Part shown: in pieces, positions 1 to 9,026 of the stretch
Layout: each line of letters opens with the position of its first letter
Position numbering within the stretch: the stretch's first letter is position 1
Assembly: GCA_021809925.1 (NCBI GenBank)
Contig: JAJZJV010000004.1
Span: 1 to 37,267, forward strand
Reading direction: 5' to 3'
Length of the DNA: 37,267 nt
Source: Candidatus Micrarchaeota archaeon
GTDB lineage: Archaea; Micrarchaeota; Micrarchaeia; Micrarchaeales; CABMGC01
The notes under the pieces: model-generated
What the model was told of the DNA's origin: nothing
Seen by the model: only the letters and a program-made list of their open reading frames with translations
The model's database searches: none
Position numbers and translations under genes: made by a program

Positions 1-2
1 TC

Positions 3-347
3 ACAACGATGGGAGGAGCCCTCCCCAATGCTTTGTCATCTACACTACACTCTTCTGGAGCGCCAAGCAGCATTATACCATATATATCCTCAATCAGCCC
101 CACAGAAGCCCTATTCTCAGCTCTTCTCGGATATAATCCAGTATCATCAATACTTTCAGGTCTTCCAGAAGTAACAGCAAAACTTTCAGGAAGCATAATA
201 AACAAGATAACGAGCCTGACATTCTTCCCTGAGGCAATAGGCAGTGCATACATGCGGGGATTTAGGGAAGTCGTCATGATATCTGCAATACTTTTAATAA
301 TATCAGCAGTTGTATCTTACTTTAAGAAAAGTGGAAGGAGATCCTGA
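3..347 (+). CDS. MFS transporter (DHA2/EmrB-QacA-like), C-terminal part; 5' end outside window
   Basis: Frame is open from the window start. Long loop (PTEALFSALLGYNP...FFPEAIGSAYMRGF) followed by a final TM helix and basic tail, typical of the end of archaeal 14-TM MFS proteins. Confidence 0.75.
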   Translation, partial: TTMGGALPNALSSTLHSSGAPSSIIPYISSISPTEALFSALLGYNPVSSILSGLPEVTAKLSGSIINKITSLTFFPEAIGSAYMRGFREVVMISAILLIISAVVSYFKKSGRRS

Positions 348-392
348 GGGCATCGCAATGCAACTTTGTGGGACTATTAGGTTGGTATAAGT

Positions 393-758
393 ATGGCAAA
401 ACGTACGAAAGATTCTGAGATAGCTACAAGGTATGTTTTCCTCTTTTTGGGATTGCTATTGATCCTTGCAACATTTCTAAGCAATTGGTGGGGAGAAGCG
501 GGAATAAGTTCATATCTTATCTATGATGTTGGAGCACTTTTGATATCGATAATAGCTGTGATACTGATAATAATGAATTGGAAGGACCAGAGACTGGATA
601 GCCTTGTCAGGCAGAACGATATCCTGCTGGTTATAGTTGTCATCGGATTGGTAATAGAAGCGATAGGTTTTTACGTCAAGAAGGATACTGCTTATGTCGG
701 CAACAACATCCAGGTAATGTTCGGGCTGATAATGGCAATGGTAAACAGGTACTTATGA
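393..758 (+). CDS. 4-TM membrane protein, paralog type A1
   Basis: Four hydrophobic segments. Motifs RYV..., (N/D)(W/F)WG, W....L.RQN(D/N), N(I/V)(Q/H) and C-terminal NR(Y/F) are shared with 1126..1488 and 1837..2208. Confidence 0.85.
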   Translation: MAKRTKDSEIATRYVFLFLGLLLILATFLSNWWGEAGISSYLIYDVGALLISIIAVILIIMNWKDQRLDSLVRQNDILLVIVVIGLVIEAIGFYVKKDTAYVGNNIQVMFGLIMAMVNRYL

Positions 759-767
759 GGGGATTCT

Positions 768-1118
768 TTGAAGAGCATGATTCCAGAGGCGGCACGCCTC
801 AAGATGTGGATGTTTTTCTCTGTTATATTGTTTGTTATAGAGCTTCAGAACATAAATAACAATGTCTTAAATGCGAGTGGGATAATAGACTCGATTGGAG
901 TCGCGATCTTCGTCGCTCTGATAATAATCGCAGTAATGTTTACAAGAAAGAGCAGGAAGAAAGGTACTGTCAGCCTTAGGAACAACCTTATACTCCTCTT
1001 CTCGTTATTGGCATTTCTCTTCGAGATTATAGGAGTGGTGATGAGGACGCAGAACGTCAATTATACGATGGCAGGGATGGCCGCAGTAGTTCTCATGATA
1101 ATAAACAGGTTTGTTTGA
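768..1118 (+). CDS. 4-TM membrane protein, paralog type B1 (start TTG 768 or ATG 777)
   Basis: IPE...FFS.I...NIN...LN motif shared with 2205..2582 and 1488..1835. Basic loop TRKSRKK; ends INRFV. Confidence 0.85.
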   Translation: MKSMIPEAARLKMWMFFSVILFVIELQNINNNVLNASGIIDSIGVAIFVALIIIAVMFTRKSRKKGTVSLRNNLILLFSLLAFLFEIIGVVMRTQNVNYTMAGMAAVVLMIINRFV

Positions 1119-1125
1119 TGGTCAT

Positions 1126-1488
1126 ATGAAAGGTGTTGGGCTTGAGATTGAGAGAAGGTATGTCTTCTTTTCACTCTCAGTGCTTTTCGTAATAGCTACA
1201 ATCCTCACTGATTTCTGGGGGATAGGTACATCTGATTTTGGCATGCTTGCCGGAGATATCGGGACCCTGCTTATAACCATATTGATAAGTTATTTCATAC
1301 TCATCAACTGGAATGAGAAGAACACAAGGAAACTTTCGCGCCAGAATGATGCAATTGTACTCATGATGGCTATGGCTGTAGCGTTCCAGCTGTACGGCTA
1401 TTACAAGGATCTGAATACGCAATACGCAGTCGGCAATGTCCAGGTGATACTTGGACTTGTCTTAGCAATACTAAACAGGTATGTTTGA
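1126..1488 (+). CDS. 4-TM membrane protein, paralog type A2 (track start 1111)
   Basis: RRYVFF, TDFWG, NWNE...RQND, GNVQV, LNRYV align with A1 and A3. Confidence 0.85.
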   Translation: MKGVGLEIERRYVFFSLSVLFVIATILTDFWGIGTSDFGMLAGDIGTLLITILISYFILINWNEKNTRKLSRQNDAIVLMMAMAVAFQLYGYYKDLNTQYAVGNVQVILGLVLAILNRYV

Positions 1489-1835
1489 TGGGAAGGGGGA
1501 TTTTATCATATAGAGCTGCCAGGAGAGCCATACTCTTCTTCTCGTTCATACTCTTACTGGCACAGGCAGAGGACATTAACGCAGACATACAGAGCCTTGG
1601 GCTTCTTATTGTAGATCTCCTTGTAGCATTATCCCTGCTCTTTGTGGTGGGACTTCTCGCCAAGGCAAAGAAGAAGCCAGAAAGGATCATTATTGATGCG
1701 GTAATAGTATTGCTTGCATTCGGTCTCTCTCTCGAGATTTTTGTGATCTTTGTCATGGATGCGAATATTAATTATCCTGCTGTCGCACTGCTGATGTTCG
1801 CGATGATGATAATAAATGCATTCTTGGGGAGATGA
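1488..1835 (+). CDS. 4-TM membrane protein, paralog type B2
   Basis: TGATG overlap with A2. RRAILFFS, DINADI, basic loop KAKKK, NINY and MMIIN align with B1 and B3. Confidence 0.85.
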   Translation: MGRGILSYRAARRAILFFSFILLLAQAEDINADIQSLGLLIVDLLVALSLLFVVGLLAKAKKKPERIIIDAVIVLLAFGLSLEIFVIFVMDANINYPAVALLMFAMMIINAFLGR

Positions 1836-1836
1836 A

Positions 1837-2208
1837 TTGAGTTCTGAAAGGCTTCGGAGGAAAGAGCTTGGCAGGAGATTCATACCTTTCGCCCTCTCGA
1901 TATTTTTCATATGCGCAACTCTTGCGACTGATTTCTGGGGAGAAGGAATTGCAGACCCAATTTCTATCATTGATTATATTGGAACCATGGTTGTGTGTAT
2001 CAGTATAATATATGTGGTTGTAGCCCGATGGAATGATGTCTCGCTGAATAGACTTAAGAGACAAAACAATGTTATCGTTGTACTCCTTCTCGCAAGCTTC
2101 ATGCTACAGCTATACGGATATGTGACAAAGCTCGGCACCACCTACGCAACCAATAACGTGCACATAATTTTCGGCACGGTACTCGCGATATTAAACAGGT
2201 TCGCATGA
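1837..2208 (+). CDS. 4-TM membrane protein, paralog type A3 (TTG 1837 preferred; track start 1816)
   Basis: RRFIPF, TDFWGEG, RWND...RQNN, NNVHI, LNRFA. Confidence 0.85.
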   Translation: MSSERLRRKELGRRFIPFALSIFFICATLATDFWGEGIADPISIIDYIGTMVVCISIIYVVVARWNDVSLNRLKRQNNVIVVLLLASFMLQLYGYVTKLGTTYATNNVHIIFGTVLAILNRFA

Positions 2209-2582
2209 TCATGAAGAAGCTTATCCCAGAATATGTCAAGAAACGCGCAATATTATTCTTCTCTGCGATTTTTTTTGTTGTATCGCTGAGCAACATAAAC
2301 TACGACATACTCAACCCATTATATCTTGTGAATGGAATTGGAGGAGCGATCATGTTCTTCTACATAATGCTGATTGTGGCTTTATCAAAGGAAAATGAAG
2401 CTAAGAAAAAGGCAAGGAAGAGAGAGCTCATCATAACGCTTGTGCTGCTTATTGCCCTGGTGTATTATGTCTCTGAGATAGTAGTAAGAACGCTTGTGCT
2501 GCGCATACCTTACGATGCTTCCCAGTCTTATGCGGCTGCAGTCATAATGCTTATGATAATGATAGTTATTGCCAATATATGA
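2205..2582 (+). CDS. 4-TM membrane protein, paralog type B3
   Basis: ATGA overlap with A3. LIPEYVKKRAILFFS, NINYDILNP, basic loop KKKARKR. Confidence 0.85.
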   Translation: MIMKKLIPEYVKKRAILFFSAIFFVVSLSNINYDILNPLYLVNGIGGAIMFFYIMLIVALSKENEAKKKARKRELIITLVLLIALVYYVSEIVVRTLVLRIPYDASQSYAAAVIMLMIMIVIANI

Positions 2583-2583
2583 A

Positions 2584-3177
2584 TTATCTGCTTTTCCTTA
2601 TTGTTCCATTCTTTGCAAGCATTGCTGAACCGATCACTCCTGCCCAGAGAAGAAGAGGATATATTGCCATACGCTCCATGCCGCCATTGCCTATTCCGAG
2701 GTATGTTCCTGTTATGAAAAACAGGAGGCCGGTGAGGCTTGTGATGCCTGTGGCTATGCTGTAATATGCAAGCGGCTTGCCCAAGTTCCTGGAAAGGATT
2801 ATTGCAGCCATTGCGCCGAAAGTCAGGGCTATGCCAGAGAAGAGTACATGTAGCGATCCAAAGTACTCTGTGACTATCCCTATCGCACATGTTCCTATCC
2901 CTGCTATAGAAAGGATGAGGGGAAAAAGAATGCTTCTCATCTTTTTGTATATGAAGTATGAAGCGATGATCCCTGCAATGCCATACGTGATTATTGAGAG
3001 ATTGAACAGGCCTGAGAAGTTGCCCACGCCGAGATCGCTCACTGGCATTTGCAAGACACTGTATCCCGGATTAAGCAGTTCTGTTATTGCAATTGCAAGA
3101 AGGAATTGCACAGAGCCTATGAAAAATGCTGCGCCTCCGAGCTTCTCATAAAATCTTTCAGCGATCATTTTATCCAC
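2584..3177 (-). CDS. DUF998-family membrane protein
   Basis: PGYS...VSDLG, LH...A and G.GG.ER...YP...W motifs with multiple TM segments. Confidence 0.8.
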   Translation of the reverse strand: MDKMIAERFYEKLGGAAFFIGSVQFLLAIAITELLNPGYSVLQMPVSDLGVGNFSGLFNLSIITYGIAGIIASYFIYKKMRSILFPLILSIAGIGTCAIGIVTEYFGSLHVLFSGIALTFGAMAAIILSRNLGKPLAYYSIATGITSLTGLLFFITGTYLGIGNGGMERMAIYPLLLWAGVIGSAMLAKNGTIRKSR

Positions 3178-3257
3178 GCATTATTACATATCGGCTGCCA
3201 ATTTTTAGAACTATGCTGCACCCGAATCATTTTATTCTTTGAGAGGCATTGATTATT

Positions 3258-4421
3258 ATGCGAGATGAGAGTTCTGACAAGATGATCTCTTCCCTGATAA
3301 GGGATTATTACAGGAGAGCAGTCATTGATGTTGACCATGTTGATAAGAGAGAATTTGCTTACGGAACGTTTGAGTCAAAGATAAAGGTGAGGCATCTTTC
3401 ATTCGGGAGCATTCGGGAACTATCAAGATATCTTGTAGATAATGCTCCACCATATCTCTCTTATTCCTCTGCATACTATGAATTTCCTGCAGGAAGGCCG
3501 ATGGAAAAAAAGAACTGGCGGGGATCCGAACTTGTATTTGATCTTGATGCTACAGATATGGATATTCCTTGTAAGAAAGAGCACAGTAAGGGATGGATAT
3601 GCAAGATTTGCCTTGAGGCAGTGAAAGGCGAAGCGATAAAATTAATAGAAGACTTCCTGATCCCAGATTTTGGATTCTCAGAGAGCGAGATGATAATAAA
3701 TTTTAGCGGGAACAGGGGATACCACATACATATAAATAAAGAGGACGTACTAGGCCTTGATAAGAATGAACGAAAACAGATAAGCGATTACATATCTGGA
3801 AATGGAATTGATTCAGAAGAGATCTTTCCAGATTCAGGAAAGAGGGGGAAGAGGCTTATAGGGCCGAGGCCAGAGGAGAAAGGGTGGCCTGGAAAGATAG
3901 CCAAGAACTTCGTATCGAAGCTCAATAAAGGACCGGAGGCGATGCAGGCTCTCGGGATGAGCAAGCAGATGGCCGAGAAGCTTTACAAAAACAGATCGCT
4001 CGTTGAGATGGGCATACGCTCCGGGAACTGGGATATGATAAGCATAAAGAACAAGTCGGAATTTTGGAAGGATGTGCTTAAGAAAGAGGCAGTCATACAA
4101 AGTGATAGGATAGACGGAAATGTGACAAATGACACCTCGCACCTCATAAGACTTCCAAATACAATACATGGAGAGACGGGGCTCATAGCTAAAAAGGTAG
4201 GCTCTTTGTCTGAGCTGCATAAATTTGACCCAATGAAGGATGCGATAGCATTCGAGAAAGGAGAGCTCAGAGTCTGTGCGAATGCAGAACATGAACTCGA
4301 GATAAAAGGAGAGGTATTCGGACCGTACAGAGGCGAGGAAGTTGTACTGCCCGTATATGCCGCAACATATCTATATTTAAAAGGTTTGGCACATATAATT
4401 AATTCAACAGATATTTCATAA
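3258..4421 (+). CDS. priS: DNA primase catalytic (small) subunit PriS
   Basis: KREFA, YSSAYY, ELVFDLD, FSGNRGYHIH, ID..VT.D..LIRLP.TIHG.TG motifs. Zn-knuckle C..H....C..C. C-terminal GINS-B-like domain (FGPY...LP..AA.YL..KG.A). Confidence 0.97.
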   Translation: MRDESSDKMISSLIRDYYRRAVIDVDHVDKREFAYGTFESKIKVRHLSFGSIRELSRYLVDNAPPYLSYSSAYYEFPAGRPMEKKNWRGSELVFDLDATDMDIPCKKEHSKGWICKICLEAVKGEAIKLIEDFLIPDFGFSESEMIINFSGNRGYHIHINKEDVLGLDKNERKQISDYISGNGIDSEEIFPDSGKRGKRLIGPRPEEKGWPGKIAKNFVSKLNKGPEAMQALGMSKQMAEKLYKNRSLVEMGIRSGNWDMISIKNKSEFWKDVLKKEAVIQSDRIDGNVTNDTSHLIRLPNTIHGETGLIAKKVGSLSELHKFDPMKDAIAFEKGELRVCANAEHELEIKGEVFGPYRGEEVVLPVYAATYLYLKGLAHIINSTDIS

Positions 4422-4470
4422 AGGTTAGAATTAGGGTCAAGTCCTTTAACCAATGAACTGGTGCTTACAG

Positions 4471-5046
4471 ATGGGCGCATATAAATATATAACGAAGACA
4501 TTCCAAGACGAATACAAGGAGAGAAGCAATCTGCTTAGAGAGAGGATAGCTTCCTGGAGAAGAGAGTCTCCAGTTACTAGAATTGAGAGGCCAACAAATG
4601 TGGCAAGGGCAAGAGAACTGGGATACAAGGCAAAACAGGGAGTTGTAATTGTAAGAGTCAGAGTCAGAAGAGGACTGAGGAAAAGAGAGAAGCCGGCAGG
4701 AGGAAGAAAGCCTTCGAATAATGGAAGATTCTTCGCGTATACAAAATCATTGCAGTCGATGGCAGAGGAAAGAGCCGCGGCAAGATTCACAAATTGCGAG
4801 GTGCTGAACTCATATTTTGTAGGAGAAGACGGAAAATACAAGTTCTTCGAGGCAATAATGCTGGATAGAGACCATGGATCAATCAAAAACGATCCAATTT
4901 ATTCAGGAATAGCCGGAAGCAGGAGAAGAGTATTCAGAGGATTGACAAGCTCCGGAAAGAAGCACAGAGGATTGCTTCATGACGGATTCGGAACAAATAA
5001 GAACAGGCCTAGCATAAGGTCGAAACGCAGAGGAATAAGAGCATAA
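4471..5046 (+). CDS. rpl15e: 50S ribosomal protein L15e (eL15)
   Basis: MGAYKY, RIERPT...AR.LGYKAKQG, AEERAA, EVLNSYFVGEDG.YK.FE, FRGLTSSG.K.RGL. GGTG SD at 4460-4463. Confidence 0.98.
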   Translation: MGAYKYITKTFQDEYKERSNLLRERIASWRRESPVTRIERPTNVARARELGYKAKQGVVIVRVRVRRGLRKREKPAGGRKPSNNGRFFAYTKSLQSMAEERAAARFTNCEVLNSYFVGEDGKYKFFEAIMLDRDHGSIKNDPIYSGIAGSRRRVFRGLTSSGKKHRGLLHDGFGTNKNRPSIRSKRRGIRA

Positions 5047-5083
5047 TAAAAAATGTCATCTATAATCCTCTCAATACAGCGAT

Positions 5084-5098
5084 AGAAATATAAATATA
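5084..5098 (+). promoter_or_regulatory. BRE/TATA box of the rpl3 operon
   Basis: AGAAA followed by TATAAATA (5089-5096), about 130 nt upstream of the rpl3 ATG. Confidence 0.55.
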
Positions 5099-5114
5099 TA
5101 TTAACAAAGATTAT

Positions 5115-5205
5115 CTTAACTTTTCATTGAGGTTTATGCGTGCTTTCATGCTTTCGGGCATGATGCAACGTGTTTTATGTTAAGTTTTGCCCATGTTTAT
5201 GGGCA
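5115..5205 (+). promoter_or_regulatory. Structured 5' leader upstream of rpl3 (candidate r-protein autoregulatory leader)
   Basis: Hairpins TCATGC-TTTCGG-GCATGA (5146-5163, extendable to CTTAAC/GTTAAG at 5115-5184) and TGCCCAT-GTTT-ATGGGCA (5188-5205). Confidence 0.45.
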
Positions 5206-5226
5206 TTCATTTAGTAGTGTACGAAT

Positions 5227-6177
5227 ATGAGACATGGCTCGCTTGGATTTTGGCAGCATAGAAGGGCTAAGAGGCAGTTGCCCAGGGTTAGAAGTTATTC
5301 ACTAGTGGACGGACCGTCATTTCTCGGCTTCGTTGCTTTTAAGGCAGGCATGACACACATAACAATGACAGATGATAGTGAATCACCATCAAAGGGAAGC
5401 GAGATTGCCAGGGCAGCAACTGTACTAGAGATACCTAAGGTCCTTATTTATGGGATACGGGCTTACAAGAAATCTTATGTTTACAATGAGCCGTTTTTAG
5501 AGGTTTATGATGGCAATGCGGCAAAGGCTGTCGGAATAAAAGCTGTGAAGAACACAGACATTGCGGCATTCAAGAAAAAGGCTAATGAATTTGAAGACAT
5601 TAGGGCCTTGGCATTCTTCGATGCGAAGAGTGTGGGAAGCTCCAACAAGAGAGTAATGAGATTTGAGATACCAATAGGAGGAAGCGAGACGCAGGCAAAG
5701 ATGGCTTTTGTTGAGAATTGGTTGGGAAAAGAACTAAAGATAAGCGATATCTTAAAAAGCGGAGAGTATATTGACGTTATCGGCATTACAAAGGGGAAAG
5801 GGTGGGCAGGAGCCATAAAAAGATTTGGTGTAGCAAAACAGCCTAGAAAAGCAACAGGAAGGATAAGGCACGTTGGAGCTCTTGGTCCATTCACCCCACA
5901 TAAGGTAATATTCAGCGTACCACAGGCAGGTCACCTTGGATACAATTATAGAACAGAGCTTAACAAGATGGTACTTAAGCTGGGCCACTCAAATGCTGCT
6001 TCAGAGATTAATCCGAAAGGAGGCTACCCAAATTATGGTGTAGTGAAAAGCGATTATATAATAGTGGATGGTTCTGTTCCGGGACCAGCAAAGAGGCTTC
6101 TCAGGATAAGGAAGGCTATGAGAAAGAAGGCATCTGGAGAGCCTCAGATAATCTATACATCTCTTGAATCAAAGTGA
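5227..6177 (+). CDS. rpl3: 50S ribosomal protein L3 (uL3)
   Basis: RHGSLGF, FKAGMTH, DVIGITKGKG..G.IKRFGV, VPQAG.LGY..RTE.NK, INPKGG.PNYG, GSVPGPAKR. Confidence 0.98.
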   Translation: MRHGSLGFWQHRRAKRQLPRVRSYSLVDGPSFLGFVAFKAGMTHITMTDDSESPSKGSEIARAATVLEIPKVLIYGIRAYKKSYVYNEPFLEVYDGNAAKAVGIKAVKNTDIAAFKKKANEFEDIRALAFFDAKSVGSSNKRVMRFEIPIGGSETQAKMAFVENWLGKELKISDILKSGEYIDVIGITKGKGWAGAIKRFGVAKQPRKATGRIRHVGALGPFTPHKVIFSVPQAGHLGYNYRTELNKMVLKLGHSNAASEINPKGGYPNYGVVKSDYIIVDGSVPGPAKRLLRIRKAMRKKASGEPQIIYTSLESK

Positions 6178-6182
6178 GTTTT

Positions 6183-7001
6183 ATGGAAGCAAATGTTTAT
6201 TCATTAAACGGAGAGAAGGCAGGAAAGAGAGCACTGCCTGGCGTATTCTCAGGCAAGTTCAGAAAGGATATCGTGAGAAGAGCGCTGCTCTCTGAACAGA
6301 GCTCTAAGCGCCAGCCGCAAGCTCATTATGTCATGGCAGGGCTCCAGACAACAGCAACATACGTTGGAACGTATGGAGGATACAGGCACTTGAGGCATAT
6401 GGGAGTCTCTGCAAACCCAAGGCAGAAACTTGCAGGAGGAGGAATGGGAGATGTAAGAAGGATACCTTCAAGCGTTAAGGGAAGAAGGGCACACCCGCAC
6501 AAGCTTGAGAAAAGGATTGAAGAGAGAATCAATAAGAAAGAATACATTAAGGCTCTCGAATCTGCAATAGCGGCAAGTACTGATGAAAAGGTGATAAGTG
6601 CAAGGCACGTCTTTGAGAAGAGAGAGATGCCAATAATAATTGAAAATAAGCTTGAAGAGGTCTCTAAGACAAGCGAGTTATTGAAGATCTTAAACAAGAT
6701 GGGACTTTCAGAAGACCTTAATAGATCACACAAGCCAAGGCTTAGTAGGGGCTTGAAAAGGGCCGCGAAGGCAAGGCATTTCAGAAACAGCGTATTGATA
6801 CTTGTAAAGAATGACGAGAAGATAGGGAAGGCTGGAAGGAATATTCCAGGAGTGGATGTCTGCAGCATCAGCAAGCTTTGCATAGAAAAGCTCTCACCTG
6901 GCGCTGAGCCGAGGATGATACTCTGGAGCGATGGTGCAGTATCTGAAATAGAGAAGGGAATAGAAGAAAGCAGCAATGCTGCTGGAAACCTCTTTAAGTG
7001 A
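6183..7001 (+). CDS. rpl4: 50S ribosomal protein L4 (uL4)
   Basis: LP.VF...R.DIVRRA, GRRAHP, INKKE..KA..SAIAA, AGRNIPGVDV, L.PG. Operon position after rpl3. Confidence 0.97.
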   Translation: MEANVYSLNGEKAGKRALPGVFSGKFRKDIVRRALLSEQSSKRQPQAHYVMAGLQTTATYVGTYGGYRHLRHMGVSANPRQKLAGGGMGDVRRIPSSVKGRRAHPHKLEKRIEERINKKEYIKALESAIAASTDEKVISARHVFEKREMPIIIENKLEEVSKTSELLKILNKMGLSEDLNRSHKPRLSRGLKRAAKARHFRNSVLILVKNDEKIGKAGRNIPGVDVCSISKLCIEKLSPGAEPRMILWSDGAVSEIEKGIEESSNAAGNLFK

Positions 7002-7006
7002 TATTC

Positions 7007-7258
7007 ATGAATACATTGATGTATCCTATAGCGACTGAAAAAGCCCTTGGAATGGTTGACAGAGACAATGTAATAATATATGTTGTCGACTTCAGGGCCC
7101 AGAAAGTAGATATTTTGAAAGAATTTGAAGCTGTATTCAAGGTGAAGGTTGAGAAGATCAATACAGCCATAACATCAAAGAACACGAAGCGCGCTTACAT
7201 TAAATTAAAGAAGGATTTCAAGGCTTCAGATATAGCCAGAAAGCTAAAGCTGGTATGA
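7007..7258 (+). CDS. rpl23: 50S ribosomal protein L23 (uL23)
   Basis: YPIATEKA, F.VKVEKINT, KRAYIKL, ASDIARKL. Confidence 0.97.
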   Translation: MNTLMYPIATEKALGMVDRDNVIIYVVDFRAQKVDILKEFEAVFKVKVEKINTAITSKNTKRAYIKLKKDFKASDIARKLKLV

Positions 7259-7270
7259 GCGGTGTGAATA

Positions 7271-7987
7271 ATGGGAAAGAAATTAAGGCAACAGAGAAGA
7301 GGAAAAGGCTCCAATACATATAGGAGGCCGCCAAGCAAATTAAAGCTTGATGTCAGGTTTAACAAAGATACTGGAAGCAAGATTTATGGAGAAGTGATAG
7401 AGTTCGTTGACGATCCTGTAAGGACAGCGCCTCTCATGAGGGTTAGATACGACGACAATTCCGAGAATATGCTCATAGCTCCTGAAGGGATGAAGGTAGG
7501 TGACAGGATACAGGAAGGGGAGAATGCTGAGCTCGCGCTTGGCAGCGTCATGTACTTAAAGAATATACCTGAAGGAAGCATAATATACAACATAGAAGTG
7601 ACTCCTGGAGACGGAGGGAAGCTTGCAAGGACAGCAGGAAGCTATGCAACAGTCAAATCTCACATAGGAGATAAGGTAAGTATAACGCTTCCGTCAAAGC
7701 AGTCTGTTGACATTGACGGAGATTGCAGGGCTGAGATAGGAGCTGTTGCCGGAGGCGGATACACAACTCAGCCAATAATGAAAGCTGGAAAGAACCATCA
7801 TATTAAACATGCAAGAAACATGATGTGGCCTAGAATAAGAGGAGTTAAATCAAACCCTGTAGACCACCCATTCGGAGGCAAGCAGCACCATAAAGGAACT
7901 TCAAGCATGGTATCGAGAAATGCTCCTCCAGGTGCAAAGGTTGGGCATCTTGCTGCTAGAAGAGTAGGTAGGAAGAAGAGAGGTTAA
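7271..7987 (+). CDS. rpl2: 50S ribosomal protein L2 (uL2)
   Basis: MGKKLRQQRRGKG, NIE..PGDGGKLAR.AG, WP.IRGV..NPVDHPFGG, RNAPPGAKVGHLAARR.G. Confidence 0.99.
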   Translation: MGKKLRQQRRGKGSNTYRRPPSKLKLDVRFNKDTGSKIYGEVIEFVDDPVRTAPLMRVRYDDNSENMLIAPEGMKVGDRIQEGENAELALGSVMYLKNIPEGSIIYNIEVTPGDGGKLARTAGSYATVKSHIGDKVSITLPSKQSVDIDGDCRAEIGAVAGGGYTTQPIMKAGKNHHIKHARNMMWPRIRGVKSNPVDHPFGGKQHHKGTSSMVSRNAPPGAKVGHLAARRVGRKKRG

Positions 7988-7991
7988 TTGT

Positions 7992-8384
7992 ATGCCACGA
8001 ATATTTTCATTTAGAGGAAAGACAATAGAGGATCTTCAGAGCATGAAGATCGATGATTTTGTGATGCTCCTAAACTCAAGAGAGAGAAGGTCTTTCAAGA
8101 GGCAGGGAATGGATTACAAGAGATTAGTCGCAAAGGCAGATAAGATAAAGAAGTCAGGAAGCGAAAAGATTGTCAGAACAAGAACAAGAGAGGCTGTCAT
8201 TCTGCCATCGTGGGTTGGAATGAAATTCGGAGTGCATAATGGAAAGGAGTTCAAGGAGCTTCTAATTGCTCCAGAGATGCTAGGACACAGGCTAGGCGAG
8301 TTCGTCTTCCCGATAAAGCACGTAGTACATTCTGCTCCAGGAATAAGGGCAACGAGAGGAAGCAAGTTCCTTGCGGTGAAGTAG
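7992..8384 (+). CDS. rps19: 30S ribosomal protein S19 (uS19)
   Basis: F.FRGKTIEDL, VHNGKEF, PEMLGHRLGEF, V.HSAPG..ATRGSKF. Confidence 0.98.
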   Translation: MPRIFSFRGKTIEDLQSMKIDDFVMLLNSRERRSFKRQGMDYKRLVAKADKIKKSGSEKIVRTRTREAVILPSWVGMKFGVHNGKEFKELLIAPEMLGHRLGEFVFPIKHVVHSAPGIRATRGSKFLAVK

Positions 8385-9026
8385 ATGAGATATTCAAACG
8401 AATTGGTTTTGCAGCTTCCGCGCGCTATGCGCTACGACATCAATGCCAGCTACAAGGATCTTGGGGCTGTCTGTGATGCTATAAGATATAAGAGAGCTGA
8501 CGAAGCTCTTAGGATAATAGACAATATCATCTCAATGTCCATGCCAATAGAATTCAAGAAGCACAATAAACATATGGGCTCAAGGCATGAGCTTGGCGGA
8601 AAAAAGGGAGCTTACCCTAAAAAGGCAGCTAAGGAAATAAAGGTCGTGCTTGTTAACGCCATTGCTAACGCGAGGAATGCCGGGCTTGGTGGAGATGATA
8701 TGTTCATAGTGCACGCTACTGCAAACAAGACAAGGATAGAGAGAAGAAGGCCTTCGAAAGGAACGCTTGCGTGGGGCCGAGGAACGTATGGATTCCCATC
8801 GCCGATGCACAGCGACCTTGAGTATGCGAAGGTTGAGATCGCTCTCGCTAACGGCGATGAGAAAGAGCTCTCGAAGAATATGAGGTACTTCATCAAGAAG
8901 GGCGCTGAAAAGAGGAAGGGAGAGAAGAAAGAGGGCCAGAAGAAGCCAATTAAGAAGGAATCTGCAAAGAAGGGAGAGAAGAAAGAGGCAAAGGCTGAGA
9001 AGAAAGGAGAAAATGTCGGTGAATAA
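8385..9026 (+). CDS. rpl22: 50S ribosomal protein L22 (uL22) with Lys/Glu-rich C-terminal extension
   Basis: S.KD...VCDAIR, YPKKAAKEI...L.NA.ANA, FIVHA.ANK. Operon position between rps19 and rps3. Confidence 0.96.
   Translation: MRYSNELVLQLPRAMRYDINASYKDLGAVCDAIRYKRADEALRIIDNIISMSMPIEFKKHNKHMGSRHELGGKKGAYPKKAAKEIKVVLVNAIANARNAGLGGDDMFIVHATANKTRIERRRPSKGTLAWGRGTYGFPSPMHSDLEYAKVEIALANGDEKELSKNMRYFIKKGAEKRKGEKKEGQKKPIKKESAKKGEKKEAKAEKKGENVGE

Noticed and set aside
8890-9026. Lys/Glu-rich repeats at the end of uL22
   Set aside because: Low-complexity charged tails on ribosomal proteins are common; not a DNA repeat element.
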